NCBI GenBank assembly: GCA_947478925.1
Contig: CANJXY010000001.1
Location: 4,291-68,290 of the forward strand
Length of the DNA: 64,000 nt
Direction: 5' to 3'
Source of the DNA: Hyphomonadaceae bacterium
GTDB taxonomy: Bacteria > Pseudomonadota > Alphaproteobacteria > Caulobacterales > Hyphomonadaceae
Below, one piece after another: positions 8,435 to 17,956 of the stretch; positions within the stretch are counted from its first letter, which is position 1, and each line of letters opens with the position of its first letter. The notes below the pieces were generated by a model that was not told the origin of the DNA, made no database searches, and was given only the letters and a program-made list of their open reading frames with translations. A program made the translations under genes and the position numbers.

Positions 8435-10567
8435 TCAGCTGTCCGGGCTCATTATGCGCACGCGCGACTTTGCCGTTAGCCCGCCTTCATCGACGACCGA
8501 GACGGTGTAGAACCCGGTCACGCCGGGCCGCCAGACCGTGTCGCCCGCGACATTGCGGCCAAGCGGCTTGCCGTCGACATACCAGGCGAGATGGCCGTGC
8601 CCCTCGGCGGCCAGAACGAACGACGTGTGCTCGCCGTCCTTCCAGACCTCCGCGCCATCAGGCGGGAAGAGAATCTGCGGTGGCACGTTCTCGTGCTCGA
8701 AGCGTGCCAATGCCGATGGCGGCACATGCTGACTCGAATCATCCTCAAGCAGGCCCGGCCCCGAATTGCGCTTCGGCATGATGCGCGAAATCATGTCGTA
8801 AACTTCGAACAGCACGGGCAGCGCCGCCTCACGGCCCGTCACACCCGGCCGCGGCGCCGAGTCGGCCCGGCCGATCCACACAACCACCGCATGCCCATTG
8901 CCCGTGCCGGCGGCCCATGCATCGCGAAAGCCGTAGGATGTTCCCGTCTTCGCCGCAATTACCGGCGCGTCCTGTGTCAGCTGGGCTGGCATGCGCCCGG
9001 CAGGCGCAGGCGCAGCTGCAAGAATATCCACGATCTGCCGCGCCGATTGCGCCGACATGATCTGCGTCGCCGGGGTCTTCGAGGTCCTTGAGGCATCGGA
9101 CTCAGCCTGCAGCCAGTTGAGCGGAAGCGCCCTCCCCCTGTCGCCCAGCGCGCAATACAGCAACGCCAGCTCGCGCACGGTGAGACCAGCGCCACCCAGC
9201 GCGATGGCCAGGCCGGCGTCGTCATCGCCCGAAAGCGGCATCGACAGGTCGGCGCCCGCGAACGCCAGCGCCGCAGCAAACCTCTGCGCGCCCACCGCAT
9301 CCAGCGCCGACACCGCCGGAATGTTCAGCGAGTGCTGCAGCGCCTGCGCCACTGTCACGTCGCCCCGGAACGTCCGGTCGAAATTGTCGGGCCGATAGCT
9401 CGAAAACCGGCGAGGCGCATCCGCAATGCGCGTATCCGGGGCTGCCACACCATCATCGAACGCCAGCCCATAAATGAACGGCTTGAGCGTTGACCCGGGC
9501 GAGCGAGGCCGGTTGGTTAGATCGATCCAGCCGCCTGCGGTGTTGCGGTTCGACGATCCGGCCACCGCGCGCACTTCACGGCTCGCAATGTCGACCACCA
9601 TGATCGCAACCTGCACGCCATCGCGCGCCGGACCAGCCGAGCGCGTCGCGAGATCCTCGATCTCCTTCTGCAGGTTAAGGTCCAGCGTCGTTCGGACATT
9701 GTCCGGCGTCTTGGATCGGATGAGCGCTTCTTCCGAAGCGTGCCACGCCAGCGTCGGAAAATCACGCCGCTTGGGCGCCGGATACTCTGCTGACTCCTGC
9801 GCAAGATCCCGCGCGAAAACCTTCTCGTCGGCGAGCCGCATCAGCACACGCTCTCGCGCCACGACCGCGGCCTTTGGATGCAGGTCGGGCCGCCGCGCCT
9901 CCGGCGATTGCGGCAGCGCGATCAGCATCGCGATCTGGTCCGGCGACAGGTTGTCGGGCTCCCGTCCGAAATAGGCCCACGACGCCGCGCGCACGCCTTC
10001 GAGGTTCCCGCCATACGGCGCCATTGTGAGATAGAGCTCGAGGAGCTGCTCCTTGCTCAGCCGGCGCTCAAGCTGCCAGGCACGAAAGGACTCAAGCACC
10101 TTGGACACGATATTGCGCGGCCGGGGTTCAAGAAGTCGGGCAGTCTGCATGGTGATGGTCGATCCACCCGACACCACGCGACCCGCGCTCGCCAGCGATG
10201 CGCTCGCCCGCACCAGCGCCGCGAAATCCACGCCGCCGTGCGACATGAACCGCTTGTCCTCGTAGGTCAGCAGCGCCTGGATGAAATCCGGATCGATCTG
10301 GTCGAGATGCGCCTGCATACGCCACTTGCCGCTATCGACGGGAAACACGCGCAGCACCGTCCCGCGGCGGTCCATGACCACGCCCGATAGATGCCCGGCC
10401 CGCGCCAAGGGCGGCGGCAGTGCAAAGTCGAGTAGGTAGATCGGCGCCAACACGTAAAGCGCAACCAGCGCGACGCGACGCCACCATTCAGGCGGCCACC
10501 ATAAACGGAAACGCATGCCCTCGGGGGGCGTCAGTCGCTTTACCAGCTTGGTGAGACATTCACGCAT
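8435..10567 (-). CDS. pbpC: penicillin-binding protein 1C
   Basis: Glycosyltransferase motif YEDKRFMSHGGVD. Transpeptidase motifs STLK and KTGTS. C-terminal PBP1C-type beta domain. Lies directly downstream of the alpha-2-macroglobulin gene. ATG at 10567 is preferred; a GTG at 10609 is also possible. Confidence 0.85.
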   Translation of the reverse strand: MRECLTKLVKRLTPPEGMRFRLWWPPEWWRRVALVALYVLAPIYLLDFALPPPLARAGHLSGVVMDRRGTVLRVFPVDSGKWRMQAHLDQIDPDFIQALLTYEDKRFMSHGGVDFAALVRASASLASAGRVVSGGSTITMQTARLLEPRPRNIVSKVLESFRAWQLERRLSKEQLLELYLTMAPYGGNLEGVRAASWAYFGREPDNLSPDQIAMLIALPQSPEARRPDLHPKAAVVARERVLMRLADEKVFARDLAQESAEYPAPKRRDFPTLAWHASEEALIRSKTPDNVRTTLDLNLQKEIEDLATRSAGPARDGVQVAIMVVDIASREVRAVAGSSNRNTAGGWIDLTNRPRSPGSTLKPFIYGLAFDDGVAAPDTRIADAPRRFSSYRPDNFDRTFRGDVTVAQALQHSLNIPAVSALDAVGAQRFAAALAFAGADLSMPLSGDDDAGLAIALGGAGLTVRELALLYCALGDRGRALPLNWLQAESDASRTSKTPATQIMSAQSARQIVDILAAAPAPAGRMPAQLTQDAPVIAAKTGTSYGFRDAWAAGTGNGHAVVVWIGRADSAPRPGVTGREAALPVLFEVYDMISRIMPKRNSGPGLLEDDSSQHVPPSALARFEHENVPPQILFPPDGAEVWKDGEHTSFVLAAEGHGHLAWYVDGKPLGRNVAGDTVWRPGVTGFYTVSVVDEGGLTAKSRVRIMSPDS

Positions 10568-10641
10568 GACTCGGCCGCTCGTCCCGGCACGCGCCGGGAT
10601 CAGTGGCACAGACCCATTTGGCCTGCGCCACTATCCAGTTG

Positions 10642-13600
10642 CTATCGCTTCGCGACCGTAATCGTCCGCGAGACAGTCCGTGCGAACGTATCCGGCTTGT
10701 ACATGTGCTCGGCGACCACACCCGGCATCGTGAACGTACCCGGCGTCACCGCGCGAACCATGTAGGCGACCGTCATGCGCTTCTGGTCATAGAGGTTGAA
10801 CGAAGCGACAAACCGGTCGTCACGCGCCTCCGCGATATCCGGCGCCACGAGTTCGCCGAGGAAGCGGTACGGGCCGTTCGCGCCGGCATCCTCCGGACGC
10901 AGCACCGCCTCGATCTCGAAGCCTGCAGGCAGCAGGTCCGCGATCACGAGCGGCGTCGTCCGCATTTCGGTCGAGGCCACAGTCATCGCAATAACGATGC
11001 GATCACCCTGGCGGAAGCTGGTTCCGTCGATCGACTGGCCGGCTGGGGTCCACAGCTGCTTGTTGGCAAGCAGTCCGTCGAACGTCGGAGCCGGGGCCGT
11101 CGCGGGCGAACCGCGCGAGATCGCCGTCACCCAGAGCTGGCCCGCGCCCTTGTTCGTGAACACAGGCGGCTTGGCCGCCTGTGCTTCGGTCAGGCGATAG
11201 ACACCGCTCGACTTGCTGTCGGCCCCCCCCTGAACGGCGACATTTAGCGCCGACTGGCCACCCGAGAGCGCATTCGCCGCGAGCAGGAGGAAGGATTTCT
11301 CCTGCGTCGTGAGGCGATCCGGCTCGGGCAGGTCCTGCGCAACACGTTGCGACAGGCGCGTCACCAGCGCCGCCTGTTTCGACTCCTGCGCCACCGCCAG
11401 TACACCCGCGAGATCGCGACGCGGCGTCTGGTAGTAGTCGCCGGTGTTGGTGTAGCCGAGCGCCTGCTCCGCCTGCTCGAAAGCTGATTTCGCCCGGGCG
11501 TTGTCGCCGATCATGTAGAGCGCAGCGCCGATCTGCGCACGTGCCAGCGGACTCGCAATCTCCTTCATCTTGTCGTCGTGGAGATAGCGCAGACGCGCCT
11601 TGTCCATACGGCGGGCCTTGGCCAGCACGTAGGAGGCATAGGCCACCGAACGGTCCATCATCGCCTTGGCGGTGTCGTTGTGCCAGCGGCTCTCATAGAC
11701 CTCGAAGTCATAGCCCGACGAGTAGCGGCTTTCGCGAACAGCAAACTCTTCAAGGCTGTCATATGCCTTGTCGAGCGCCGCAGCAGGCACGACGTATCCA
11801 GCCGCTTTGGCGCGGAACAGGAAGTCCGTCGCATAGGCTCCGAGCCATGGGCTGGAGAGCCCATCGCCTGTACGCCACAGGCCGATTGCGCCATCAGCGC
11901 CCTGACGATTCAGCAACGTGCTGACCGCTTCCTGAACTTGGTTCTTCAGATCGGCAGGTGTCTTCCGTCCCGCAAGCGCCGCGATCTGCGAGGCATACAG
12001 CAACGGCATCGCGCGGCTCGTGATCTGCTCGGTGCATCCGTACGGATACTGGTCGAGCGAGTCGAACAGGGCGGCCGCGTCCATCGGAATGGGCGAGAAC
12101 GAGACCTGCAGATAAGCCGAGCCCGGCACGAACGACGACAGTGAGCTGGCCGCGGGCGAGAATGTCGCCCCCGGCTGGATCGTCGTGCGGATCACATTGC
12201 TCGCCGGCAGCCAGGCCGAGCGGGACTGGATCGGATAAGACCGCGAGACGGTGTAATTGCCCGGTCCTGTGAGGTTGAACGAAACGGTCGAGATGCCTTC
12301 CGCCACCGCCGAGAAGCCCGCGTCGAGATCGACGCGTTGTCCCTTGGCGAGATTGGTCGACAATTGTCCTGTCGTCGCCTGCACCGGCGCTCCGGCCTGA
12401 AGGGCGGCTTTGTAAGTGCCCGCCTGGCCTTCCACGTTGTCCAGCGTCAGCGTCGCCGTCGCCGTGTCGCCAGGCGACAGGAAACGAGGCAGGGCCAGCA
12501 GGGCCGGAACCTGATCGCGCACCGTCACCGGTTTCGAGGCAGACCCAACGCCGGAGTTGGACCACGCCACAGCCATCAGCCGCAGTTCGCCGTTGAACGC
12601 TGGTACGTCGAGCGTCACCGTCGCCTTGCCGCCGTTCAGCTTCACAGGCGCCGAGACCAGCGCCACCGATTGCGTCGGCACGACAGTCAGGCCCGCGCCG
12701 CCGATCTGGTCGCCGCCCATGCGGATGTTGCCGGCAGCGCCCTGGTTGGGATCGAGTAGGCGACCATAGTCGTCGCGCAGCTCAACACCCAAACGGCGCT
12801 TGCCGAAGAAGTATTCAACCGGGTCCGGCGTCTTGAAGCCGGTCAGCAGCAGAATGCCTTCATCAACGGCCGCCAGCTGGACATAGCCGTTGTCGTTCGG
12901 GCCACCCGCCGTGATGTTGACCGTCATCTTGCTGTTCGGCCGTTGAACCGGCGGGGCAGCAATATCCAGCTTGAACGTGCGCGGGCTAACATCGACCGCA
13001 ACGTGGGCAACGCCCACGGCGCGACGCGGCTTCGGCGTCTTGGCTGCGTCACGCGGCGTATAGACCGTCGCCATGACGTAGACGCCAGCGCCCCACTCCT
13101 TGGTGACCGGCAGCTTGATGTGCGCGCCTTCGTTCGCCTTCACCGACACGGTGCGCGTGGTAATGACGTTTTCGGAGGCAACAACGATCTCTGCTTCGCC
13201 CGAATAGGGCGGCATGATCGTTACATCGACGTCGCCGCCAATCGCCGGAAGCGAGTCCGGAACCTGCACGCGCACGCGATCCGGCGCTTCAACGCCGTCC
13301 TGCGGCTGGCCGCCCCAGCCAGACCAGAAGGCGTAGGAGGCTTCGCCGCCATTCGCTTCTTCGGTCAGATAGATTTCAAAGTCACCGTAGTCGAGCTGGC
13401 GCGTCTTCAACGTGCCCGTCTTGCCGTCGGCAATCGTGAGGCGACCGCTTTCCAGCTCTACGACACGGCGCGACTGACGCCACTGCCAAGCACCGCCGTC
13501 TTCGCGATACCAGTCATACTTCCAGTCGATGCGCACGAGACGCCAGTTCACATTGGCCGCCTTCAGCGCGCCATTGCGGTCAACCGACGCCACTTCGAAA

Positions 13601-15546
13601 CTCGCTGACTCGCCTTCTTTCGAGGACTGGTCATCAAACGACGGTTTCACCCCAACATAACGTTCAGATGGACGGTAGGCGACACGCACATCGTCACGCA
13701 CCGCACGTCCGCCCGGCTCGATTGCGGAGATGACGGCACGCAGGCGCAGCGGACGCGAAGACGTCGCATTTTCTGCCGCGCGCGGGTCGAGAGAGATGAT
13801 CGCCTTGCCCGATGTATCCGTCTTCGCCGTCGCGAGGTCGAAGGTCGACTCGCGAAACTGCTCGTCATGCCGTCCGAAGGTGAAGCCTTTCAGCTCGGGG
13901 AACGGATTGTTGTCCGGCTCGACGCGGGCATTGCCTTCCACCGGGAGGTCGGCGCCCGGCGCGCCATAGAGGAAGCGTACATTGGCCGTGATCGGGCGAG
14001 TCTCGTTCGCCTTCATCGGAACCTTTTCGTCGGCCTTCAGATCGAGCGCGATGCGCTGCGGCACGAAGTCTTCGACCGAGAACGTCTCGCTGCCCACTTC
14101 GCCGACGCCGTCGACTTCAGTGGCGATCCGCCACGTCCCACGCGCACCCGTTTTCGGAACCGGGAACGCATAGGTCACGGCGCCGTTGAACTGCTTCGTA
14201 TCCTTGAATCGCAGGCGCCCGGCCTCAAGGCCGTTCGGCCCGAAGACGACGACGGAGCCCGCCCGATTGCTAAGCGAGATCGCCGCCGCATCGCGGATCA
14301 GCGAGGTGATCTGCACCGACTCGCCCGGACGATAGACGCCTCGCTCGGTATAGACGAACGCGTCGGCGGCTTGCGCTGGCGCACGTCCGCCGATGTCACG
14401 CTCCGTGAGGTCGACCGGCGAGCGGTCGAGATCGAGGATCGCGAAGTCGCCATTGGGCGCATAGGCCATCAGCATGCGCGGAGCGACATTGCCCTCGCCG
14501 CCCATGATCGGACCCGAGAAGTTCACGCGGCCCGAGCCGTCGGAATTGCCGCGCGCCAGGATCTCGTTGTTCCGCGCGATCAGCTCGAGCTTCACACCCG
14601 ACACGGCCTTGGCCGACTGCAGCGACCGTACGGTCGCCGACATGCCGGAATTGCCCGTGTAAGTTGTCAACGCGAGATCAGTGATCACCAGCCACCGCTT
14701 CGCGTGCGCCGCGTTTTCCGGAACCTTGCCCGTGCCGTCGAGCTGGTCGAGCTGCACGAAATAGGCGCCCGGCTGCAGGCGCGGGACCGCTTTTGCAATC
14801 GGGAAGACAGTCGTCTTGGACGCGTTGGCCGATCCGGGCGTGTCGATTTCGCCGGTCCACAGCTGCTCGGCCACGTCATCGACATCCGAGCCATAGTCCA
14901 TATAGCCCCAGCCACCCTGGCTGTGCGAATAGCCCTGCGTGATGGTCTTGAAAGCCAACGCGCGATCAGTGATGCGCGAGATCGTCACCTTCACCTTGTC
15001 GACGTTCACCGTCTCGAGGCCGAGGCCGTCCGCATCGATGCGCGGCAGGATCACGCCATCGCCCTTAAAGCCGACATAGGAAGGACGGTCTCCGAACGAG
15101 ATCGCAACGTCTTCATCGAACGGCAGTGTACGGCCGTCGGTGGCCGGCAGGCCGGAGCGGATCTTGATCGCGCGATCGTCGCCGAATTTCAGGCCACCGA
15201 GGCACAGGCTGGAACCTTCGACCGATAGTGCGATCTGCGGGCCATCACCCATATCCACGAACGGGCGATAGTCCTTGGCCGGATCGAGACTGGAGGAGAA
15301 GGCGAGACAGGCTCGGGGCAGGTCCTTGGTGACGTCGATCGTGTAACGGACGAATTCGAATTCGCCTGTCCCGTCAGCGCGCGAGGAGTTCGCCTGTCGG
15401 GTCTCGAGCTGTGGGCCCTGGTCCTTGCCCATCACCATCGCGGCGTCGGTACCGCTCCCCGATTGGCCGCAGCAAACAAGCGCCATCGCCGAAAGCACGC
15501 CCACGGTCGCAACCGCAATGGCGCGCAAGATCTTGGTCGACCCCAC
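10642..15546 (-). CDS. bacterial alpha-2-macroglobulin family protein (YfhM-like), thioester-containing
   Basis: About 1630-aa ORF. GTG at 15546 is preceded by AGGAGG with 6-nt spacing. N-terminal signal ends ...LSAMALVCCGQ. Thioester motif YPYGCTEQ is encoded at 12025-12036. Pairing with pbpC is the classical arrangement. Confidence 0.9.
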   Translation of the reverse strand: MGSTKILRAIAVATVGVLSAMALVCCGQSGSGTDAAMVMGKDQGPQLETRQANSSRADGTGEFEFVRYTIDVTKDLPRACLAFSSSLDPAKDYRPFVDMGDGPQIALSVEGSSLCLGGLKFGDDRAIKIRSGLPATDGRTLPFDEDVAISFGDRPSYVGFKGDGVILPRIDADGLGLETVNVDKVKVTISRITDRALAFKTITQGYSHSQGGWGYMDYGSDVDDVAEQLWTGEIDTPGSANASKTTVFPIAKAVPRLQPGAYFVQLDQLDGTGKVPENAAHAKRWLVITDLALTTYTGNSGMSATVRSLQSAKAVSGVKLELIARNNEILARGNSDGSGRVNFSGPIMGGEGNVAPRMLMAYAPNGDFAILDLDRSPVDLTERDIGGRAPAQAADAFVYTERGVYRPGESVQITSLIRDAAAISLSNRAGSVVVFGPNGLEAGRLRFKDTKQFNGAVTYAFPVPKTGARGTWRIATEVDGVGEVGSETFSVEDFVPQRIALDLKADEKVPMKANETRPITANVRFLYGAPGADLPVEGNARVEPDNNPFPELKGFTFGRHDEQFRESTFDLATAKTDTSGKAIISLDPRAAENATSSRPLRLRAVISAIEPGGRAVRDDVRVAYRPSERYVGVKPSFDDQSSKEGESASFEVASVDRNGALKAANVNWRLVRIDWKYDWYREDGGAWQWRQSRRVVELESGRLTIADGKTGTLKTRQLDYGDFEIYLTEEANGGEASYAFWSGWGGQPQDGVEAPDRVRVQVPDSLPAIGGDVDVTIMPPYSGEAEIVVASENVITTRTVSVKANEGAHIKLPVTKEWGAGVYVMATVYTPRDAAKTPKPRRAVGVAHVAVDVSPRTFKLDIAAPPVQRPNSKMTVNITAGGPNDNGYVQLAAVDEGILLLTGFKTPDPVEYFFGKRRLGVELRDDYGRLLDPNQGAAGNIRMGGDQIGGAGLTVVPTQSVALVSAPVKLNGGKATVTLDVPAFNGELRLMAVAWSNSGVGSASKPVTVRDQVPALLALPRFLSPGDTATATLTLDNVEGQAGTYKAALQAGAPVQATTGQLSTNLAKGQRVDLDAGFSAVAEGISTVSFNLTGPGNYTVSRSYPIQSRSAWLPASNVIRTTIQPGATFSPAASSLSSFVPGSAYLQVSFSPIPMDAAALFDSLDQYPYGCTEQITSRAMPLLYASQIAALAGRKTPADLKNQVQEAVSTLLNRQGADGAIGLWRTGDGLSSPWLGAYATDFLFRAKAAGYVVPAAALDKAYDSLEEFAVRESRYSSGYDFEVYESRWHNDTAKAMMDRSVAYASYVLAKARRMDKARLRYLHDDKMKEIASPLARAQIGAALYMIGDNARAKSAFEQAEQALGYTNTGDYYQTPRRDLAGVLAVAQESKQAALVTRLSQRVAQDLPEPDRLTTQEKSFLLLAANALSGGQSALNVAVQGGADSKSSGVYRLTEAQAAKPPVFTNKGAGQLWVTAISRGSPATAPAPTFDGLLANKQLWTPAGQSIDGTSFRQGDRIVIAMTVASTEMRTTPLVIADLLPAGFEIEAVLRPEDAGANGPYRFLGELVAPDIAEARDDRFVASFNLYDQKRMTVAYMVRAVTPGTFTMPGVVAEHMYKPDTFARTVSRTITVAKR

Positions 15547-15710
15547 GTAGTCCCTCCTGATCCCCACCCGTATTCCCCTGTGCCCGATCACACTAGCGTA
15601 AGCCGCCCGCTATGGAAGGCGCCGAAACAGACAAGCTGCTGAAAAAGGGTGAGTTTCGTAGTTGCCGGATCGCCGGCGATGGAACTCGCTCGCGTGCAAC
15701 GCGAGCGCGA

Positions 15711-15785
15711 TGGTGCCGGATGAGGGGATTGAACCCCCGACCTTCGGTTTACAAAACCGCTGCTCTACCGCTGAGCTAATCCGGC
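15711..15785 (-). tRNA. tRNA-Thr (anticodon UGU)
   Basis: Minus strand reads GCCGGATTAGCTCAGCGGTAGAGCAGCGGTTTTGTAAACCGAAGGTCGGGGGTTCAATCCCCTCATCCGGCACCA. I folded the cloverleaf by hand: 7-bp acceptor, D arm GCTC/GAGC, anticodon loop TTTGTAA, T arm GGGGG/CCCCT with TTCAATC loop, encoded CCA. Confidence 0.85.
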
Positions 15786-15981
15786 GCTGAACGCGTTGCC
15801 ATAACCGGCATACATGTTCCGCCGCGAGGGAATAGGCGCCCGCAAGCGCTCGCGCAAGCGGTCAGGCACCCACAAATGACCCACGGCCCGCCACATTCCG
15901 CCCGGTTCAGGCCCAGCGGGAGCCCGATCGGGAACTAGACTCAGCTCCGGGCCGTTAGGGAACTGGATCTGGAGGGCTGAT

Positions 15982-16380
15982 ATGCAACGTCTCAGCTGGA
16001 TAACTTTGGGCGCTTTGGCCGTTGGCGTGGCTGGCTACGCTTACGACGCCGCGTCCGCACAGACCCCGACGAGCAAATCAGCGTCCTGCCCCCCATACGA
16101 ATCAACCGTTTACTTCTCCCCCAATTCAGCGGAGCTGAACGCCTACTCCGATTACATGATCGTCACGATCGCCGAAGCCGCTCAGGCGTGCGGGGCCAAG
16201 GGAATCGTTGTCGAGGCCGCCGCCGATGACGGCCGCGCGCGGATCGTCGCCACCGCCCTGCGCGCAAAGGGCTTGAAGGCTGTCATCATTCCGTCGCAGG
16301 AGCTCGCCCAGTCCGACGAAGCCATGGTCAACCGCTCCGTCATCCTGCGCGTCGCCGTTCCCGGTACGCGCCTGAGCTGA
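15982..16380 (+). CDS. secreted hypothetical protein with a degenerate OmpA_C-like pattern
   Basis: GGAGGG RBS and a signal peptide ending AASAQ. VYFSPNSAELNAYSDYMI...GIVVEAAADDGRARIVATALRAKGL follows the OmpA C-domain pattern (V.F...SAEL ... I.V.G..D ... RA..V...L...G), but the usual peptidoglycan-binding residues are not evident. Confidence 0.5.
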   Translation: MQRLSWITLGALAVGVAGYAYDAASAQTPTSKSASCPPYESTVYFSPNSAELNAYSDYMIVTIAEAAQACGAKGIVVEAAADDGRARIVATALRAKGLKAVIIPSQELAQSDEAMVNRSVILRVAVPGTRLS

Positions 16381-16454
16381 TTCCACGTCACGTCATCGGC
16401 GCTCTGGCGCGATTGCCGTCGCATGTTACAAGCCCGCGCGGAAGCGGGCGTATC

Positions 16455-17153
16455 ATGGACAAGCGTATTCTAGGCCGCGCCTACAGCCGGCTGATCCACA
16501 AGTACTTTCTCAACGACATGTACCTCGACCTGCGCGTGCGGGCCAAGAAGGACACCGTTGACTACATTGAAGCTCACCTGAACGAGGCGATGCTGGTATC
16601 GGGCCGCCGCGCCCTGATCGAGCTCTGCATGAAGCGCGAGAAGGAAGCGAAGCTCAACGGCATCATCCTCGAGTTCGGCGTCGCCGGCGGCGTGTCCACC
16701 CGGATCATAGCGAAGAACGCCGAGCCGCGCACCGTCCACGGCTTCGACAGTTTCGAAGGCCTCCCTGGCGACTGGGCCGGCACGCACGAACAGAAAGGCC
16801 GCTTCACCCAGAAGGGCAAACTGCCTCGCGTCCCCGCCAACGTGCGGCTCCACAAAGGCTGGTTCGACGCCACCCTGCCGGGCTTCCTGAAATCGAATCC
16901 CGGCCCGGTCAGCTTCATCAACGTCGACTGTGACGCGTACGACTCAAGCAAGTACGTGCTCGACCAGCTCGCCGACCGCATTTGCCCCGGCACGATCGTG
17001 ATGTTCGACGAATACTATAACTATCCGAACTGGCGCGAGCACGAGTACAAGGCCTGGCAGGAGATCGTCGCCGAGCGGAAGCTCACATACCGCTACATCG
17101 GCTTCTCGACGATGCGCTACCACGCTGCGGTGCAGGTCACGGCGATCGGGTAA
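16455..17153 (+). CDS. class I SAM-dependent methyltransferase, TylF/MycF (macrocin O-methyltransferase)-like
   Basis: ATG at 16455. ILEFGVAGGVS (SAM motif I), FDSFEGLPGDW (TylF hallmark D.FEG.P), INVDCDAYDSS, MFDEYYNYPNW. Confidence 0.75.
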   Translation: MDKRILGRAYSRLIHKYFLNDMYLDLRVRAKKDTVDYIEAHLNEAMLVSGRRALIELCMKREKEAKLNGIILEFGVAGGVSTRIIAKNAEPRTVHGFDSFEGLPGDWAGTHEQKGRFTQKGKLPRVPANVRLHKGWFDATLPGFLKSNPGPVSFINVDCDAYDSSKYVLDQLADRICPGTIVMFDEYYNYPNWREHEYKAWQEIVAERKLTYRYIGFSTMRYHAAVQVTAIG

Positions 17154-17251
17154 GGTTCTGGCGACCCTATGCAGCGGAAGGCGCCCCTCACTGCGTTCGC
17201 ACGCTGGCAGCATCGTCTCAGCCTGCTACGATCCCGTCTTGGAGGCATCGC

Positions 17252-17902
17252 ATGATCTGGGACGCGCCACCCGACGCTATTTCAGCGCCCGTCATGCCGT
17301 GCGGAGACGGAAAGCATCAGCGTATCTGGGTGGGTGATGCAACCGACATTCTGCATTCTCCCGATTGCAGATGGATAGTTGCCTACCGCTCGATCTCTGG
17401 GTCGCCTTCAGCATCACTCCTCAAGGACCCGCTGGCTGGCGACATGGCAACCGTTGCCGACGCCGTGACGGGAAAAGTGGTGGCCACTTTCGAAATGTCC
17501 CGTAGCGCGAGCCTGCACTGGTTGGACGATGGGGCGCATCTGATTGTAGATTATCTCTCGGGTAGTGGATCGGCAGAACCGCTGGTTATCCTGCTGCCGC
17601 CCCAGCCTCGGTCCGCCCAGACGACAGCTCCGATCGATCTGAGCCAAGTCGTATTCGGTGACGTGCTGAAGCGGATCAACAAGTCATCAGAGCAGGTCTA
17701 CCATTTTTACACATACTTCGCCGCCGACAAGGGCGAACGTGTCCTGATCTCGGCCGAGCCAGTCTACACGCTACGCGGCAGTACCGGTCCCGGAGGCTCC
17801 GCCTGCCTCATCTACAGCATCGACAAGGCAACTTTCCGCGATGCGCGCCTGGTCGAGCGGCTGCCCGAGAACGCCCCTTGCCCAAATGGTCCCACGGAAT
17901 AA
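17252..17902 (+). CDS. hypothetical protein (PD40/TolB-repeat-like fragment HSPDCRWIVAYRS)
   Basis: GGAGG lies 6 nt upstream of the ATG. 216 aa, no signal peptide, no family recognised. Composition looks slightly less GC-rich than the neighbours. Confidence 0.5.
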   Translation: MIWDAPPDAISAPVMPCGDGKHQRIWVGDATDILHSPDCRWIVAYRSISGSPSASLLKDPLAGDMATVADAVTGKVVATFEMSRSASLHWLDDGAHLIVDYLSGSGSAEPLVILLPPQPRSAQTTAPIDLSQVVFGDVLKRINKSSEQVYHFYTYFAADKGERVLISAEPVYTLRGSTGPGGSACLIYSIDKATFRDARLVERLPENAPCPNGPTE

Positions 17903-17956
17903 ACGGGTTACGCCTGCAGGCTGGCAATCTATGCTGGGCGAGGCTACATCGCGGCC

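Noticed and set aside
13867-15228. 453-aa plus-strand ORF inside the alpha-2-macroglobulin gene (also 10603..11247, 12943..13608)
   Set aside because: Arg-rich antisense shadow ORFs. The minus frame is a continuous 1630-aa protein with a thioester motif.
15687-15707. 8-bp GC hairpin (CGCTCGCG-TGCAA-CGCGAGCG) just downstream of the tRNA, considered as a terminator
   Set aside because: No U tract follows on the tRNA strand. It may aid 3' processing, but it cannot be called an intrinsic terminator.
15592-17902. tRNA-Thr-adjacent block considered as an integrative island
   Set aside because: No integrase, excisionase or transposase. I found no direct repeat of the tRNA 3' end. The orphan genes lie on the 5' side of the tRNA.
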